From: an uncultured delta proteobacterium
Lineage (GTDB): Bacteria > Desulfobacterota > Binatia > UBA9968
Assembly: GCA_963745035.1 (NCBI GenBank)
Contig: CAVUVW010000014.1
Coordinates: forward strand, 672,001-736,000
Length of the DNA stretch: 64,000 bases
Direction of reading: 5' to 3'
Below, in pieces: positions 62,462-64,000 of the stretch (within the stretch, counting starts at the first letter, position 1; every line of letters begins with the position of its first letter). The notes under the pieces are model-generated. The model ran no database searches. It was given only the letters and a program-made list of their open reading frames with translations, and was not told the DNA's origin. The translations under genes were made by a program, and so were the position numbers.

Positions 62462-62489
62462 TTGACCGCCCAAGTCAAGATGGTACAGT
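62462..62489 (+). promoter_or_regulatory. sigma70/extended -10 promoter, probably leaderless ribB
   Basis: TTGACC-16-TACAGT with TG extension, 8 nt before ATG 62498. Confidence 0.55.
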
Positions 62490-62497
62490 ACAGCCCC

Positions 62498-63676
62498 ATG
62501 CCGCTCGCCACGATTGAAGAAGCGATCGCCGAAATTCGCCGCGGTCGTATGGTCATTTTGATGGATGACAAGGACCGCGAAAATGAAGGCGATCTTTGCA
62601 TGGCCGCCGAAAAGGTCACGCCGGCGACGATCAATTTCATGGCGACCTATGGCCGCGGCTTGATCTGCCTGCCGCTCACCGAAGAGCGGGTGCGCCATCT
62701 CGGGTTGTCGATGATGGTTTCGGAAAACACCTCGCCGTTTGGCACCGCGTTTACGGTATCGGTGGACTCCGCGGCGGGAATCACCACCGGCATCTCCGCC
62801 GCGGACCGCGCCAAGACGATTCTCGATGCCATCGCCGACGACGCCAAGCCGCAGGATCTGGTGATCCCCGGACATATTTTTCCGCTCCGTGCCCGCAACG
62901 GCGGGGTTTTGGTGCGCGCCGGTCAGACCGAGGGTTCCGTCGATCTCGCCCGACTCGCGGGGCTTAAACCGGCGGGCGTGATCTGCGAGATCATGAAGGA
63001 CGACGGCACCATGGCGCGCCAGCCCGATCTCATGCGATTTGCCAAGCGCCACAAGCTCAAGGTCGTAACCACCGCCGATCTCATTCAATACCGGCTCAAC
63101 TACGATTCGCTGGTGTATCGCGCTGCGGCAGCGCCGCTGCCCACCCGGGTAGGCGGCATGTTCGAGGCGATCGTCTACAACACCCACGTCGACCAGAGCG
63201 AGCACCTGGCGCTCGTCAAAGGCAAGATATCGCCCAAAGAAGAGACCTTGGTGCGCGTGCACACCAAATACGTGCCCGGCGATGTTTTCGGTTTCGAGCT
63301 GCTCAACACCAACGCGGTGATTCAACGCTCCATGGAAATCATTGCTCAGGCGGACAAAGGCGTCGTTTTATATCTCCGGCCGGAGCTCAGGGGACTGCGC
63401 CCGGCGATGGTGGCTTATCCCAAGCTGGAAGGAAAACAGCAGCGCGGGCTCAACCGTTCGTTCGTGTATCAAGCCGATTTCAAAGAATACGGCATCGGCG
63501 CACAGATCCTGCGTGATCTCGGCGTCGGCAAGATGCGTCTGCTGACCAACAACAAGAAACATTTGGTCGGCCTACGCGGCTACGGCTTGGAAGTCACCGC
63601 CCTCGAACCGATCCCGCGCGATCATCCGCTGCGCGAAGCCGCCAAGCCAAAAAAGCCCCGCGCGCAGCGCGCCTGA
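62498..63676 (+). CDS. ribB: 3,4-dihydroxy-2-butanone-4-phosphate synthase with degenerate GTP cyclohydrolase II domain (RibBX type)
   Basis: 'DRENEGD', 'TAFTVSV', 'GISAADRA', 'PGHIFPL', 'VICEI'; the C-terminal domain lacks the Zn-binding cysteines. Confidence 0.92.
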   Translation: MPLATIEEAIAEIRRGRMVILMDDKDRENEGDLCMAAEKVTPATINFMATYGRGLICLPLTEERVRHLGLSMMVSENTSPFGTAFTVSVDSAAGITTGISAADRAKTILDAIADDAKPQDLVIPGHIFPLRARNGGVLVRAGQTEGSVDLARLAGLKPAGVICEIMKDDGTMARQPDLMRFAKRHKLKVVTTADLIQYRLNYDSLVYRAAAAPLPTRVGGMFEAIVYNTHVDQSEHLALVKGKISPKEETLVRVHTKYVPGDVFGFELLNTNAVIQRSMEIIAQADKGVVLYLRPELRGLRPAMVAYPKLEGKQQRGLNRSFVYQADFKEYGIGAQILRDLGVGKMRLLTNNKKHLVGLRGYGLEVTALEPIPRDHPLREAAKPKKPRAQRA

Positions 63677-63740
63677 GTCTTTGCAATCCGAGATCGATGC
63701 CCGATCTGAAATTTGAAATTCCGAGCGAAAGCGAGGACAC

Positions 63741-63950
63741 ATGCCGATCTTCGAATACTGCTGCCGCAAGTGCAGCCATCGCTTCGAAACTATCGTTCTC
63801 TCGGCGTCGGAAAAAATCGCCTGCCCCAAGTGCCAAAGCAGCGCTCTTGAAAAGCAGCTCTCGGTCTTTAGCTCGCCGGCTTCGGGTGAGTCCGCCGCCG
63901 GCTCAAGCGGCGGCTGCGCCTGCACGCCGCAGACTTGCGGCTGTCATTAA
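63741..63950 (+). CDS. FmdB family zinc ribbon protein
   Basis: 'MPIFEYCCRKCSHRFE..CPKCQS..LEKQLS'. Confidence 0.88.
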   Translation: MPIFEYCCRKCSHRFETIVLSASEKIACPKCQSSALEKQLSVFSSPASGESAAGSSGGCACTPQTCGCH

Positions 63951-64000
63951 CATTACAATTCTTTCGGTGGGGGGAGATAGCGCGGCAGCTCGGCACGAAT

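Noticed and set aside
62375-63325. N-terminal part of the 432-aa minus-strand ORF 62027..63325
   Set aside because: Antisense to ribB; only the part from ATG 62374 is plausible as a gene.

Overview
A GC-rich (~60%) bacterial chromosomal segment. Gene content suggests a deltaproteobacterial or Binatia-like organism (inference only). No rRNA, tRNA, CRISPR array, transposase or phage genes are recognisable. In order: (1) small metabolic genes (EamA, MOSC, ICL/PEP-mutase family, nitroreductase-like); (2) a leftward exported/metal-related operon (cupredoxin, tandem-repeat His/Met lipoprotein, DUF4331, TPR, His-rich Ni/Co permease), divergent from an ECF sigma flanked by two zinc-type anti-sigma genes, with matching back-to-back AAATCC-N17-CGTAG motifs between them; (3) a housekeeping block gyrB-gyrA-gpsA-rpmH-rnpA-yidD-yidC-jag-ispG-proS-pyrF without dnaA/dnaN/recF; (4) a degenerate CobS paralog and AEC transporter, then a corrinoid uptake/salvage operon under two cobalamin riboswitches (tonB, btuB, DUF4430, cobQ, cbiZ, cbiB, cobD, cobU, cobT, cobS, btuFCD), the second riboswitch carrying heptamer-repeat hairpin insertions; (5) an acyl-CoA operon ending in an Acd-type glutaryl-CoA dehydrogenase; (6) a protease-rich block (HtrA, Lon-like, BepA-like, PepF, DegQ) with two paralogous small proteins of unknown function, ychF, ribBX and an FmdB zinc ribbon. 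About ten genes carry single-base frameshifts, mostly in short homopolymers; these are most likely assembly errors. All family assignments come from motif recognition, not database searches.
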